From an uncultured virus (IMG/VR IMGVR_UViG_3300011991_000001) (lineage: Duplodnaviria; Heunggongvirae; Uroviricota; Caudoviricetes): a stretch of 64,000 nt of DNA. How positions within the stretch are numbered: position 1 is the first letter of the stretch; the number at the start of each line of letters is the position of its first letter. The notes under the pieces were generated by a model, which did not search any database, was not told the origin of the DNA, and was given only the letters and a program-made list of their open reading frames with translations. A program made the translations under genes and the position numbers. The DNA lies in IMG/VR virus record IMGVR_UViG_3300011991_000001, one strand, 5' to 3'. Shown piece by piece: positions 1 to 11,216 of this stretch.

Positions 1-71
1 ACAACGATGAGCATCGTCATATGTATCATATAAATTCATTATTATTATTCATCTCCCTTGAAAGGTTAATT

Positions 72-335
72 TTAACGATTATCACAACCACCTTTGCACA
101 ATGAACAGTATTTTTTCATCGCCCTGAAACTGCATTTACTTGTGGGGTGATTACAAGGAGTTCTTTTTATCATAGCATTTAACAGTAAATGAATTTTATT
201 ATATGCTCCATAAAATATATTACTTGGACTATAGCATTTTTTAGCATTGCAACCGATATTTTTATCTTTATATTTACACTTATCACAATTAATATAATTC
301 ACAAATTCACTCCTTCCTCTTTCTAATACCATCAA
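72..335 (-). CDS. Cys-rich hypothetical protein (start probably internal)
   Basis: ORF track; stop overlaps junction site 59-74. Confidence 0.55.
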   Translation of the reverse strand: MMVLERGRSEFVNYINCDKCKYKDKNIGCNAKKCYSPSNIFYGAYNKIHLLLNAMIKRTPCNHPTSKCSFRAMKKYCSLCKGGCDNR

Positions 336-344
336 AGATCAGTT

Positions 345-749
345 CTATAGGGATTCTATTTTTCTTTTTTCATTTTCTTCTTCTACAATCTTAAAGAATT
401 CACTACCTTTAATTTCTTCAAATCCTTCTGGATTACTAAAATCATGTTCACCTTCAAATGAACAATAAACCGTATCACCAATATTAAATAACCTGTTTCT
501 TGTTTTTCCATAACCCCTATCAAAATAGAATTGAATAAATGGTTTATGAGTAGGAGCAATTTGTTTTTCTTCTAATAAATCAACCCATGCTTTATTTATT
601 TTTGAAGTTTTCTTAAATGCCATTAATCCGTTATCTACAGGTTTACATAGTATTTTGCCAAACTTTTCTAAGTCTTTTTCAGTTGGGACTATGTAAAAAG
701 CTGAGTTTGAACAATAATATGAATGCGTATCTATTTCATATTTATCCAT
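345..749 (-). CDS. hypothetical phage protein
   Basis: 134-aa ORF on dominant strand; stop overlaps junction site 332-347. Confidence 0.6.
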   Translation of the reverse strand: MDKYEIDTHSYYCSNSAFYIVPTEKDLEKFGKILCKPVDNGLMAFKKTSKINKAWVDLLEEKQIAPTHKPFIQFYFDRGYGKTRNRLFNIGDTVYCSFEGEHDFSNPEGFEEIKGSEFFKIVEEENEKRKIESL

Positions 750-2355
750 AAAATCCTTAGAAATTATGTTTATTTTTCCTCATTGTTCTTATGAGTAAAA
801 TAGTCTTTATGAAGCTTTGATTGTTCCGTTACAATAAAATACTTTTCCATTTAATATGTCCTTCTTCCTAAATTTATTTATATTAGCATAAAATCTAGTT
901 TTCGATGTATTACTTATCTATTAAATTAATAGCACTTCCTTGTGGTTTGTCTGAACAAACTCTCAATTTCCCAGGAATTAAACCTTGAAGCATTTCGAAC
1001 ACATCTACTTGCTCTTTAGTCATTGCTACTGGATATAAGGTATCATCTTTTATGTAAAATAAAGCTAAACCATCTTTCACTTTCTTCATCCTTTCTTAAT
1101 AGCATCAAAGCCAGATTTTATATTATCTATTTACATTTTATATAAACAGGGCACTTAATTATGTTATCATTCCCAAAACCATCTCCAAACTCAATTCCAT
1201 AGTGATTTTCTCCACAACCATCACAAGTAGGTATCTCAAAGACGCAAGTATCACATAAATTAATTTTTGTATCAATCATAGTATCATCTCCCTTCAACTA
1301 TTCAATTTATCTTCTTTCCAATGGCAATGTACTTTAATCTAATTTTAATTCTATGAAGAACATTTTTAAGTGATAATTCATCCTTATGGCAATTCATTTT
1401 CTCCTTAAATTCATCTGGCACTTGAGTAGTCATTATTTCTTTTTGGAAATCCATCAAATAACTCTCCTTTCCAACATAAAATGTATCTTTTAAAGTAACT
1501 CCATCCTAAACTTAATACCTTCTCCAACATACTTATTATATTGATCCATCAACTCATATCCATCTAGTGCGTCAATAATTACATCAGTCATCGTATCATT
1601 GTTTACCTCTACAGCCATTCCTAATAATGCATATAATAATAATTGTTCATGTATTTTATCCATTTTTAATTCCTTTCCAAATAAAATGTTCTTTTTATCG
1701 TACTAGCATATTCATGAATACTTCTTGATTATTATTTTCATATATTGAAGATACAATTAGTTTGCTTTCTTTATGTAATCCCAATCTCTTTTTGTTAAAC
1801 TCCGGCAAAGGATATTCATCACCAATTTTCCATAGTTCTTTCATTTCTTCTAGACAAGAATTTACAAATTGGAAACACACACATGTATTATCAGAATTCT
1901 CTTTTGCTAAATCTATACCTATTACATAATTATTCATATCGTTCCCTCCTCCCACGAAACCATAATTTCATAGTATGTATTATTTATATTGAATAACCCA
2001 ATAAATCACATAGAACCAACTAAAAATTCCATGTAGGATTGCCCATAATATTGAATGATTTGTTGTCCATGACAATATGATTGCTATTACTGTACCGATT
2101 CCAATGCCACTTGAGCTTGAGGAATTGTTGTTAATGATATTCACCTTCTTTCCTTATAAAATAGTCCTTTTAATCACACTGCAAGCTACTAATTTCTTCC
2201 CCACAACAAGGACAATCAAAAATAAGCACATCTATACCTTCATATGGTTCTGTTCTTTTAATAGTTACTTCCATACTATCAAACAACTCTCCGCAAATAG
2301 GGCATTTATTATCTATCATATTATCTCCTTTCTAAAAGCACAGGAAATTAGTCTT

Positions 2356-3633
2356 TTAATTGTAGCTGGGTGTACTCTTATCTGTTCTAAGCTTCTTAAA
2401 GATTGGGAATCTAAGACTAATACCTCCTTGAGCATTCTTGCTTTCTTCAAAGTATTGAACCTCAATTATTCTCTGTAAATACTCTTCTTTGTTGTTCCAG
2501 ATATATGATCTATCGGAATCTGTGAAGCCCGACCCTACTCCGCAATTAAACCCTTTATAATCAACAATCAAAGCTCCTAATTTGCCCTCATACTTGCCTG
2601 TGCCCTCTTCAAAACCAATTACCCTAATATCACACGTAGACATCACTTTAACCTTTAGAATGGAGTCTGAACGCTTACAGATATAAGGTTTATCCATATT
2701 AACCATTAATCCTTCTACTTCTTTTTCCTTAGCCCAAATCATCCACTTTTCAACTTCTGATAGATCACTTCCTATATACAGAGACTTAACTTCGTTACAA
2801 TGTAGGAATGTATTATTCTCAAAAACTGTTGTTAGCATTAGTTTGCGGAAAACGCAATCAGTTTTAGACTTTCCGTTTTGGAAATCTTCTAATGGCAACA
2901 TATCAAAAATATGATATACTAACCCTTTTTTATTTGACCCCTTGCTTCTAGCTTTTGATGTTGTCTCAGCATAAATCTCAATTGTGCTGCCCTGTATATC
3001 TGCAATTAACTCCCCATCAAAAACAATATTGTCTTCTTTTAGATTTGCAATGTCTTGTTCGATTTCCTCCAATCCTTCATATTTTTTACCCTGTCTCGTA
3101 AATGATTTTACAACACCATTATCTTTAACTACTACGCATCTGTTGCCATCTAGCTTCTCACTCACAACAAAGTCACCTTTGATTTTTTGTTTATGATCTT
3201 CAAATTTCTTAGCTAACATAACACTGAATGTTTGTTTGAAGTCACTACCATATACCTTATTAAGCGTACCGTCTGTGAGACCCATACTGAGATCCTTAGA
3301 AACGATTTTGACAAGGAAATCTCTTAATATTTCAGGCTGTGATCTAATAAAGTTCTGGACTAAAATAATATCGGTATCTCTGCCAGAATTATGTAGTTTA
3401 AGATAATCCATTACATCAATAATTGTTAATGTAGATAGTTCTGATGGTAATTTTAACAGCTTATTTATTTTCTTTTTACTCAGACCCGTCAAAATAAAAG
3501 GATCGTATATAAATTGCATTACCTGTTTGAATAATATATTTTCACTGTTTTCTAAAAGGATACCCTCTTTATCGTTCCTGCCAGATGTACCTTGAATTTG
3601 ATGAACAATCCTTAATACTTTTTCCATTCTCAT
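2356..3633 (-). CDS. lig: ATP-dependent DNA ligase
   Basis: Motif I EKLDGNR, FDGEL, EGLMV, LKVK, C-terminal OB fold with VGSGF and LRFP. Confidence 0.95.
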   Translation of the reverse strand: MRMEKVLRIVHQIQGTSGRNDKEGILLENSENILFKQVMQFIYDPFILTGLSKKKINKLLKLPSELSTLTIIDVMDYLKLHNSGRDTDIILVQNFIRSQPEILRDFLVKIVSKDLSMGLTDGTLNKVYGSDFKQTFSVMLAKKFEDHKQKIKGDFVVSEKLDGNRCVVVKDNGVVKSFTRQGKKYEGLEEIEQDIANLKEDNIVFDGELIADIQGSTIEIYAETTSKARSKGSNKKGLVYHIFDMLPLEDFQNGKSKTDCVFRKLMLTTVFENNTFLHCNEVKSLYIGSDLSEVEKWMIWAKEKEVEGLMVNMDKPYICKRSDSILKVKVMSTCDIRVIGFEEGTGKYEGKLGALIVDYKGFNCGVGSGFTDSDRSYIWNNKEEYLQRIIEVQYFEESKNAQGGISLRFPIFKKLRTDKSTPSYN

Positions 3634-3767
3634 CTCTCCTTCTTTCTTTTGAAATAATTCCTACCCGATATAAGAATTATACCATAAAGTAGGAATATGT
3701 GCAAGTAAATTATATATATGTAGTAAATATATTATTGGGGGATGAAATCAGAATTTGATATGGTAAA

Positions 3768-3829
3768 ATGTCCTTGAGAGGTGGACATTTGGTTAAAAAT
3801 TGCCTATAATGTCTATCACAGAAGGACAT
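3768..3829 (+). promoter_or_regulatory. sigmaA-type promoter bracketed by two 6-9-6 inverted-repeat operators
   Basis: ATGTCC-N9-GGACAT (3768-3788) and ATGTCT-N9-GGACAT (3809-3829); TGGACA-17-TATAAT (3782-3810). Confidence 0.5.
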
Positions 3830-3974
3830 AGTTAATATTTATTATACTATTTTCGCATCATCGAATACAACATGACCTACATATATACATGATCCCTCTT
3901 CATTACGTTCTAAACACAATTCATACCCTGTTTGTCTTATCTCCTTAACCCTATAAACGTTACTAATATATTTT

Positions 3975-4334
3975 TCATGCCTCCATTATTTTAAAATCTT
4001 TTCTTAACAACCACTCCATATCATTTGACCATACTTCATTAGGGATAAATTGATCCGCAATGAAACAATAATTAATATTTTTAAATTCTTCTGTGTCTTC
4101 TGCGTCATTTCCCCATATAATACCAATTTCTCCCACACTTGTTTTTACTTTTGTATTATTAGCGACCAACATTTCATCTAAATCAATGTCAAAGCTTCCA
4201 TCACATTCTGGGCAAGTAGTACAATAACCCAATTCGTCTATTGAGTAGTTCTCTAATTGAAACTCATGACCACAATTCATACATTTTAGGTTGTTTTCTA
4301 ATATTGCCATCGACTTTACCTCCCATATATTCAT
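3975..4334 (-). CDS. zinc-ribbon hypothetical protein
   Basis: CMNC...CPEC. Confidence 0.6.
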   Translation of the reverse strand: MNIWEVKSMAILENNLKCMNCGHEFQLENYSIDELGYCTTCPECDGSFDIDLDEMLVANNTKVKTSVGEIGIIWGNDAEDTEEFKNINYCFIADQFIPNEVWSNDMEWLLRKDFKIMEA

Positions 4335-4397
4335 ATAAAGATTGTACCATAGTATGTATTCGTTTGCAATAGTTTATATATAATTATATATTACTCG

Positions 4398-5009
4398 TCA
4401 AGATGCTATATTATGTAATTTCGGATATGGAGCAATATTATACTTTAGCATAGATAGAAGTTCTTTTCTCTTTTTGCCTTTGCAATTAAAATATATGTAT
4501 CTATGTTTTCTTGGTCTAGGAACTAAAACCGTATCTTCTTTATCTTCATGTGCGTGTCTATTATGTTTAGTAGTAGAACCATCTATCTTTACCCTATTAG
4601 TACGTTTTGCTGTTAATCCAGTATATATCCAATTGGTTGCTTGATATACATAACCTACATGACCGTGATCTGGTTCTGAATAAGATACTATAATCTCTTT
4701 ATCGAGTAACTTGATAGTGTTTCCTATCAAAAAACTTTCACCATTTCTAGGCACTTTATCATCAATCCACAACCTAGTTAACTCATAAACATTTAATTGT
4801 TGCTCATTACCACATATACCTCTACATACATTAGGACTAGCAGGGATACCGTAAATAATTACTCCTACTATTTTCTCTGTTAATTTCTCATATAAACCAA
4901 AGGAAAATACACAAGATGCTCTTCTATGTAAATAGTGTTTTTCAATAATTATTTCTGTTGCTATTTTATGTGTGACTGGTTTTATATAATAACTATCCTT
5001 TATACTCAT
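4398..5009 (-). CDS. mom: Mom-family (GNAT-like) adenine-modification protein
   Basis: HYLHR, YELTRLW, SYSEPDHGHVGYVYQATNWIYTG, KHRYIY motifs typical of Mu Mom homologues. Confidence 0.8.
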   Translation of the reverse strand: MSIKDSYYIKPVTHKIATEIIIEKHYLHRRASCVFSFGLYEKLTEKIVGVIIYGIPASPNVCRGICGNEQQLNVYELTRLWIDDKVPRNGESFLIGNTIKLLDKEIIVSYSEPDHGHVGYVYQATNWIYTGLTAKRTNRVKIDGSTTKHNRHAHEDKEDTVLVPRPRKHRYIYFNCKGKKRKELLSMLKYNIAPYPKLHNIAS

Positions 5010-5928
5010 TTATGCACTTACTCTTTTCTATTTAAGATGATATTATTTATATTAGGATCAAATAAAACGGTTTTGCTAGTATTCTTAATACTTATCCGAC
5101 TCTTCTATACACTTATCACACAACCAAAATACATATCCACAACTATTGTCTGTATATTCATCTCCTGTTCCTTCCTCAATCTCTTTCTCACATACCTCAC
5201 ATATTTCATTCATAAATTTACCATCCTCCTTTTATTTATCCGATAAAATGCATTTTTCGAGGGATTTACTGATTTTGTAACCTGCGTGTAGCAAGGGTTA
5301 CAGCGTTTGTCTAAAAAACATAAGTCTCTTCAAAATTGCTTGTGGTGAATATTCAGGTTTCAAAAGTATTTCCTCTCCGAACAACATCCTGAGACAAATG
5401 GACTCTGTGTGTTTCTTGCAGATTACTAAATATTCACAGTCTGCATGGATGTATTCACAGTAATTATCCATTATTGAATCCCCTTAATCCATAATAGCCA
5501 CATGTCGTCTTCTGGATAGAATATATCTGGATTAGAAGATTTGTTAATATTATAAACTAATTGACCAAATCTAAAATCGGGATACTTCTTCCAACAAATT
5601 CGTAGCTCTTCAATAATTTCATCAATACGTTCTGGATCTCTCATTATAGCTCCTCCTCTTTCTATCCTATTAAATCTGTATTTTCTTTATTTTATGGTCT
5701 TTAAGCCTTTTCTCCAACATTTTTGACAATCTACATGTTCTGGGCATAATACTGATTCATCACATAATCCAAATTCGTTAGGGCAAATACTTACAGAAGA
5801 ACTACCCAATATCTCAATAGTTTTGTTTAACTGTCGTTGTAGTTTAAGAATAATATCTTTATCCTCAATACACATTTTATTACATCTCCTTCTTATTTCT
5901 ATCCCATGAAATTACTCTTTTATATTAT

Positions 5929-6666
5929 TTAAATATTATTTATCCGCTTTTGTCCTAAATTATAATATGCTTCGTCAAGCTCAAACCCTATGTAATTTCT
6001 TCCTAAATTCCTAGCTGCAACAGCAGTTGTAAACGAACCCATACAGTTATCTAGCACTAAGTTTCCTTCATTTGTGTATGTATTGATTAAGTATTCAAAT
6101 AAAGCAACTGGCTTTTGTGTGGGATGTAGGGATTCTTTCTGTTTATCTGTAGGAAATAATATAACGCTTCTTGGGTATCTCTCTGTACTACCTCCACCTT
6201 TAATTCCAACTTTTGTTTTTCCATAATTAGTTCCATCGTCTTGATATTTTGTATAATTATGAACAGGGGTGTGGCCAAAAGTTTTTTGTGGATTATATGT
6301 AGGGAGTTTTTTATAGAAAATCAATATATTCTCATGCGCTTTCATTGGCATTCTCTTTGCATTAAGATGACCAGTAGCAGTTGTTTTCTCCCAAATCCAT
6401 TCATACCTAAGCATCTTTAAATTACTGCATCCTAAAACCTTATCAAATGGGGTTTGTGCTGTGAGAACAATTGCACCACGATCTTTTATAATGCGCTCAT
6501 ATTGTTCCCACAGAGGTTCAAAAGGAATAATACAGTCCCATTTATTTCTCGCTGTAGTTCCATATGGTAGGTCGCAAAGTATTAAGTCAATTGAGTTATC
6601 ATCAATCAAACACATACCATTATCCCCGATGCAGTCTTCATTATAAACCTTATTTAGTTCCAACAA
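5929..6666 (-). CDS. orphan amino-DNA methyltransferase (beta class)
   Basis: Motif IV DLPYG, HPTQKP, motif I DNCMGSFTT. Confidence 0.9.
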   Translation of the reverse strand: MLELNKVYNEDCIGDNGMCLIDDNSIDLILCDLPYGTTARNKWDCIIPFEPLWEQYERIIKDRGAIVLTAQTPFDKVLGCSNLKMLRYEWIWEKTTATGHLNAKRMPMKAHENILIFYKKLPTYNPQKTFGHTPVHNYTKYQDDGTNYGKTKVGIKGGGSTERYPRSVILFPTDKQKESLHPTQKPVALFEYLINTYTNEGNLVLDNCMGSFTTAVAARNLGRNYIGFELDEAYYNLGQKRINNI

Positions 6667-6978
6667 TTATTTGACAGTCCTTTCTATTCCATAATCCCTA
6701 ACTCAAATGCTACCATCTAACTGAACAACTATTACATGTACAATTAGAGCAATCTTTTTCTCCACCTAAAACTTCACACTCATCAATCTTTACTTTTTTT
6801 AGTTGCTGAAAACATTCATTATCCCCACTTGTTTCCCATCCAGTAGGAGTCTCTAATCCTATACAACTCTCGTCACAGTATTTAAAGCAAGCAAAATATT
6901 TATATGAATAAGTATATGCATGATTACAATTCCTACATTTACATATCAAACAATTTTTACTATGATTTTTCAACTTCA

Positions 6979-7356
6979 TTATTTTCCCTCCTCATCATAA
7001 AATTCCTTAAAAATTACTTCTGGATTGGCTAACAATTCTCTTTCTTCATTAAATTCTTCACCTTCTGGAATATCATTAAATGTATAAATAGTATTTGAAT
7101 TATCCACAACAACTTCAAAAGGATTATTAGGTCTATTTTGCTTATTCCTTCTTTTTGCTAAGTATTCTAGTGCTACTTTTTCTTGCTCTGCTGTCTCTAA
7201 TAAACTCATTAATACCCTTCTAGATGTTCGTAAATGATCAACTCTAGTTTGTAATTCAACATTTCTAGCCACGTATAATGTGTTTTCACGCTCTAATCTT
7301 GTTATGTAATCATCTTCAGGTAATTGTTTAGCCCATTGTCTAGGAATCTCGTTCAA
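6979..7356 (-). CDS. coiled-coil hypothetical protein
   Basis: ORF track with RBS; heptad-rich. Confidence 0.55.
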   Translation of the reverse strand: MNEIPRQWAKQLPEDDYITRLERENTLYVARNVELQTRVDHLRTSRRVLMSLLETAEQEKVALEYLAKRRNKQNRPNNPFEVVVDNSNTIYTFNDIPEGEEFNEERELLANPEVIFKEFYDEEGK

Positions 7357-7772
7357 TTTTAATCACCTTCATACTAAAACATCCACTTAAACAAGTAAAT
7401 TTCCATCCATCTTTTAATGCTTTATCCCACTGATCTTCTCTATTTAGTAATCTATAACTCTCACGAGCGAACAAATCCGTAACCTTTACCTCCAATAATT
7501 GCATAAATTTAATCCTCCTAAATTTATTTATATAATATAATACTACCGATTATATATGAGAAGTCTAACAATACTGCAATAATAACTAAAGAAATAGTTA
7601 TGTTACCTACAATTAAACAAAATTGTATAAACTTATTTGGTTTAATAACAAACTTTCCAGACCACGATAGATAAGAACAAGACATTAGATATACAACTAC
7701 TAAACCTAATAATGTTTGTAAAATAACCATAAGATCCTCCTTTCTATAGCTTGAAATGTAGCTATATATGTA

Positions 7773-8317
7773 TTAACTTTCTCCAGCAAATTCCCCATAA
7801 ATCTCCTGTCTCATTTCCTCAGCTCTAGCACCTGCTTTGTCTACATCTTCTAACTTGAATCTTCCGAAATACGTTTGTTTTCCGTCAACTTGCAATGCTA
7901 CTAACCACGCATTATACTTTGTACTCCAAAATACATTTCTATAACCTGATGTATTATTAGAATTTTTGCTTTTCCTGTTCTTTAAATTGTTTTGGTTACT
8001 AACTACCCTTAAATTTTCTTTCCTATTATCTAATGTATCATGGTTAATATGGTCAACTTTATTATTTGTTCCTTTTATAACGCTATGTAATCTATGCGTC
8101 TTTCCGTTCATTCCTTTACGCAATTCAATTGCTCCTGCGTAATATGATTGTGTATTATCAAACCATTTTGGATGCCAAGAATAGTTTAATTCAATCAGCA
8201 TTTGCAAATATTCGAGATCAACTTTAGATATTATATCCCCTTCTCCCCTGTGCCTTAAATATATAAGCACTACATTTCCTTCAATTATGTATTTATTAAA
8301 TCCCTTTTATTTGCCAT
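7773..8317 (-). pseudogene. HNH endonuclease with AP2-like domain, frameshifted near 5' end
   Basis: VDHINHDTLDNRKENLR (HNH) and NTSGYRNV (AP2-like); RBS plus ATG at 8317 is one base out of frame with the 7773-8270 ORF. Confidence 0.65.
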
Positions 8318-8401
8318 ATTTTCTCCTTTCCTATAAGTTGTAGCTTTTAAGCTATCTATGTACTCTGTAACCCTCTTATAGCAAGGGTTACAGAATTGAG
8401 A

Positions 8402-8710
8402 TTATTGTTTATTTAGTAGTTTTGTTAATCCAACTCTATTTGCAAGAATAAACTGCTTTATTTCTTGAGATGCTATACTAAATTCACAATTCCCATTGAT
8501 AAACTCATCTAAGTTCTTAACTATATCCACAATCTCATATTCTCCAGCATAGACAATCAATGTCCCTACAAACCCAAAATCTACTTGAATAGTTCCATTG
8601 TCATCGTTTAAAGGCGTTGCGTCATAAATTTTACCTGCATATTTTTCTATGGAGAAAGAATTTGGTTTAGGAGGACAATTTTTTAATATCTTTACACGCA
8701 TTGCTAACAC
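8402..8710 (-). CDS. hypothetical protein
   Basis: ORF track, dominant strand. Confidence 0.55.
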   Translation of the reverse strand: MLAMRVKILKNCPPKPNSFSIEKYAGKIYDATPLNDDNGTIQVDFGFVGTLIVYAGEYEIVDIVKNLDEFINGNCEFSIASQEIKQFILANRVGLTKLLNKQ

Positions 8711-8734
8711 TCCTTATAATTAATTATATATATA

Positions 8735-9067
8735 CTAGACGTATCTAAATGGTTCCAATGTGTTAGGTCTAGGCTCCTCTACTGGTTCTACATTTTCTTG
8801 TTCTTCAGTAGGCCAATCATATTCATCTTCATTACCTGTTTTTTCTGGTGCTATTTCAAACTTATTTACAAATTCCATGAGACAATTTTCGCATAGGTCA
8901 AATTGCAAACCCTCTCCGTCATATTTTGAACCGTATGAAAACTCTAATCTAATACTCTGAAGTGAGTGTGATTTATCAATATCGTAGTATTCGCCACATT
9001 TGTTGCAAGCCATAGCTGTAATTTCATCGACTACTACCTTTTTTTCTACATTGTTAACAATTCTCAT
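8735..9067 (-). CDS. zinc-binding hypothetical protein
   Basis: CNKCG...DLCENC. Confidence 0.65.
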   Translation of the reverse strand: MRIVNNVEKKVVVDEITAMACNKCGEYYDIDKSHSLQSIRLEFSYGSKYDGEGLQFDLCENCLMEFVNKFEIAPEKTGNEDEYDWPTEEQENVEPVEEPRPNTLEPFRYV

Positions 9068-9420
9068 TTAATCAACACTCTCCACTCTTATATTTTAATA
9101 GCTTTAACGCTTAACATTATTAAGTGCTTACAGCCTACCTAGTGCTATATTCAATTATGTATGTGCGTATAATATCTTATATATTAGTTATACTATGATT
9201 AGAAAAAAGTATTAATGGATTTGAACGAAGCCATAATGCAATTGTCTAAAACAGTTAAGCTGAAATTGTTTCTACCATGCTTTTTAACCATTTCTCTATC
9301 AAGCTCTTTATGAACTCTGATCTTATCCTTAAAGTTAGTATAAGGGAGAATAACGTAGTCGAGTTTACCCATGATGCATTTCTCCTTTCTGTCTTGCTCT
9401 TAATTATAATTTATTATATG

Positions 9421-10002
9421 TCATTTATTGATAATTGTTACAGTTGCTTGAGTCTTTCCAAAAATAACTGCTCTTTTTACAGCATCTGGGCTATCACCGA
9501 CGAACAAGTCAATATGTAGTCCAATAATTCCACCTCCCACATCTTTAGCAGTGTAAATTGCATTGTACTTCTTATATTTATCATCGTTGAAAACTATTTT
9601 TACTTTACTGCCAGTTGGAATAAAATTAGGATCTGTAGCAATTACTCTTGCAGATGCCAAGGTATGACCTTTTAAATTAAATCCTGAGCTAGTCTTGCCA
9701 TAATCAGGATTTCCCCTTGATTTTTGTGTTGATTCAAAATTTAATGTATATGCTGAAATTGTGTAGGTTTCTCCTTTTTGTTCTTTAACAACCTCTGGTT
9801 TAACAATATCAACTTCCTCAACTATTACCTTATCAGGCAACACTATGTATCTGCCACGAAACAACTTCAATATATTAGCATTTTGATCAGTTCTCAAATT
9901 GCTTGTTCCCTTCGTAACAAAGTTTCCAAAATATAAAATACTGAATATGACTATTGAACATAATAAAATAGTCTTTGTGTGTTTACGTGTTGTCTTATCA
10001 AT
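9421..10002 (-). CDS. secreted 3D-domain protein (cell-wall/MltA-like)
   Basis: SAYT, IATDP..IPTGS, AKDVGGGI, HIDLF; frame extends upstream through a signal/TM segment to an ATT codon 8 nt after AAGAAGG. Confidence 0.85.
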   Translation of the reverse strand: MDKTTRKHTKTILLCSIVIFSILYFGNFVTKGTSNLRTDQNANILKLFRGRYIVLPDKVIVEEVDIVKPEVVKEQKGETYTISAYTLNFESTQKSRGNPDYGKTSSGFNLKGHTLASARVIATDPNFIPTGSKVKIVFNDDKYKKYNAIYTAKDVGGGIIGLHIDLFVGDSPDAVKRAVIFGKTQATVTIINK

Positions 10003-10087
10003 AACTAAAACCTTCTTTATAATTATTTATTACTTTACAATATGTAAATGAAAACTGCTTATCCACCTCCTTTAACTGTATAATACT

Positions 10088-10116
10088 ATTGTACTACTAA
10101 TGATATATAAAGTCAA
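10088..10116 (-). promoter_or_regulatory. sigmaA promoter, near-identical to 31626-31655
   Basis: TTGACT-TTATATATCATTAGTAG-TACAAT. Confidence 0.65.
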
Positions 10117-10388
10117 GAACTATATTTAATCTTTCTCTGAGTAATCATAAACTACCACCAATAATATTGTACATATCTCTTGCCCCTGATCTTCTTGTAA
10201 TAACAGTAAGTTCCCAACCTTTATTATTTTCAGTCATGCTAAAAGCTATATGTCCACATCCTGAACTAGAATCATAATACTCGAATGTCGAATTACCTAA
10301 TTCAGTTTCTTCGCATTTATTTATTAAGCCAAGGATACGTTTTGTAGTTATTTCATCAATATTATAGTTCTTAGTCATACAATTCCTC

Positions 10389-10814
10389 CTATAAGTTCTG
10401 TTTTATGAGTATACGGACTACATCTAATGCGTCAAAACAAATATCTCTAGCCTTAGTATTCATTGGTACTCCATTAATTTTACAATCATCTTTAGAAAGC
10501 AATATTACTATTTGGTTCAATAATTTCCCTATGTCATTGGAGTTATCGTCAAATACTACATCTTGTTCAATTACTTCTGTATCTTCATCATCAATAACTA
10601 ATTGAGAAACTTCTATCCCCAAATATCCACATAAATTTACAAGTGAATTTGCGTCAACCAATGCAAGAGATTCCTTTTTACTTATATCCAATAACCACGA
10701 GCTACTTACCCCAGCAGCCTTTGCAAAATCCGCATAGTTTTTAAATTCTGATCTCTCTTTATATAGAGTTATTTTTTCACCAACGTTCAAAACAATCATC
10801 CCTTCTATTGCCAC
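10389..10814 (-). CDS. XRE-family HTH regulator (YopS-like position)
   Basis: FAKAAGVSSSWLLDI HTH; LCGYLGIEVSQL. Confidence 0.8.
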   Translation of the reverse strand: MAIEGMIVLNVGEKITLYKERSEFKNYADFAKAAGVSSSWLLDISKKESLALVDANSLVNLCGYLGIEVSQLVIDDEDTEVIEQDVVFDDNSNDIGKLLNQIVILLSKDDCKINGVPMNTKARDICFDALDVVRILIKQNL

Positions 10815-11203
10815 TTACTATCAATATAATGATATCCTGAATCATTCCTAGATATTTTGCTAAAAACAATGGTGCAAGTTTTAGTAGTGCATACTAAAAC
10901 ATCTTTACTTGTCCATGCATCTATATCTTTATCAATAGTGTTTAAGACCCAATTCTCAGAGTCAGAAACTATATCAGGTAAATACTCAATGCCTCTGTTT
11001 ATATCTCTAAATAAGCGAAAATACGTCTTCTTTAAAAGTTGTGATAATACGTTTTTGCTCTCTAATTCAATTAATTCCTTCAAAAGATTTATCTGAATTT
11101 CTATTGCATATAAGCCTCTCGAATAACCTCTTGAATTTAAAGATATTTTAAAGAAGGATAATAATTTATACCTACTGTGCATTATAGACAAAATATCTTG
11201 CAT
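10805..11203 (-). CDS. hypothetical protein in repressor operon
   Basis: RBS AAGGAG; overlaps the XRE gene start. Confidence 0.6.
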   Translation of the reverse strand: MQDILSIMHSRYKLLSFFKISLNSRGYSRGLYAIEIQINLLKELIELESKNVLSQLLKKTYFRLFRDINRGIEYLPDIVSDSENWVLNTIDKDIDAWTSKDVLVCTTKTCTIVFSKISRNDSGYHYIDSKWQ

Positions 11204-11216
11204 AATATTTCTCCTT

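Larger units (their letters stand above)
59..5922. repeat. Array 1 of degenerate palindromic gene-junction sites NNAAA-N6-TTTNN
   Basis: Sites start at 59, 332, 889, 1105, 1477, 1682, 1955, 2157, 2343, 3743, 5244, 5670, 5907; most lie between a stop codon and the next RBS. Confidence 0.75.

Noticed and set aside
9199..9372. tRNA-like GTTCAAATCC on the minus strand
   Set aside because: Lies inside a small ORF with good RBS (MGKLDYV...); no cloverleaf
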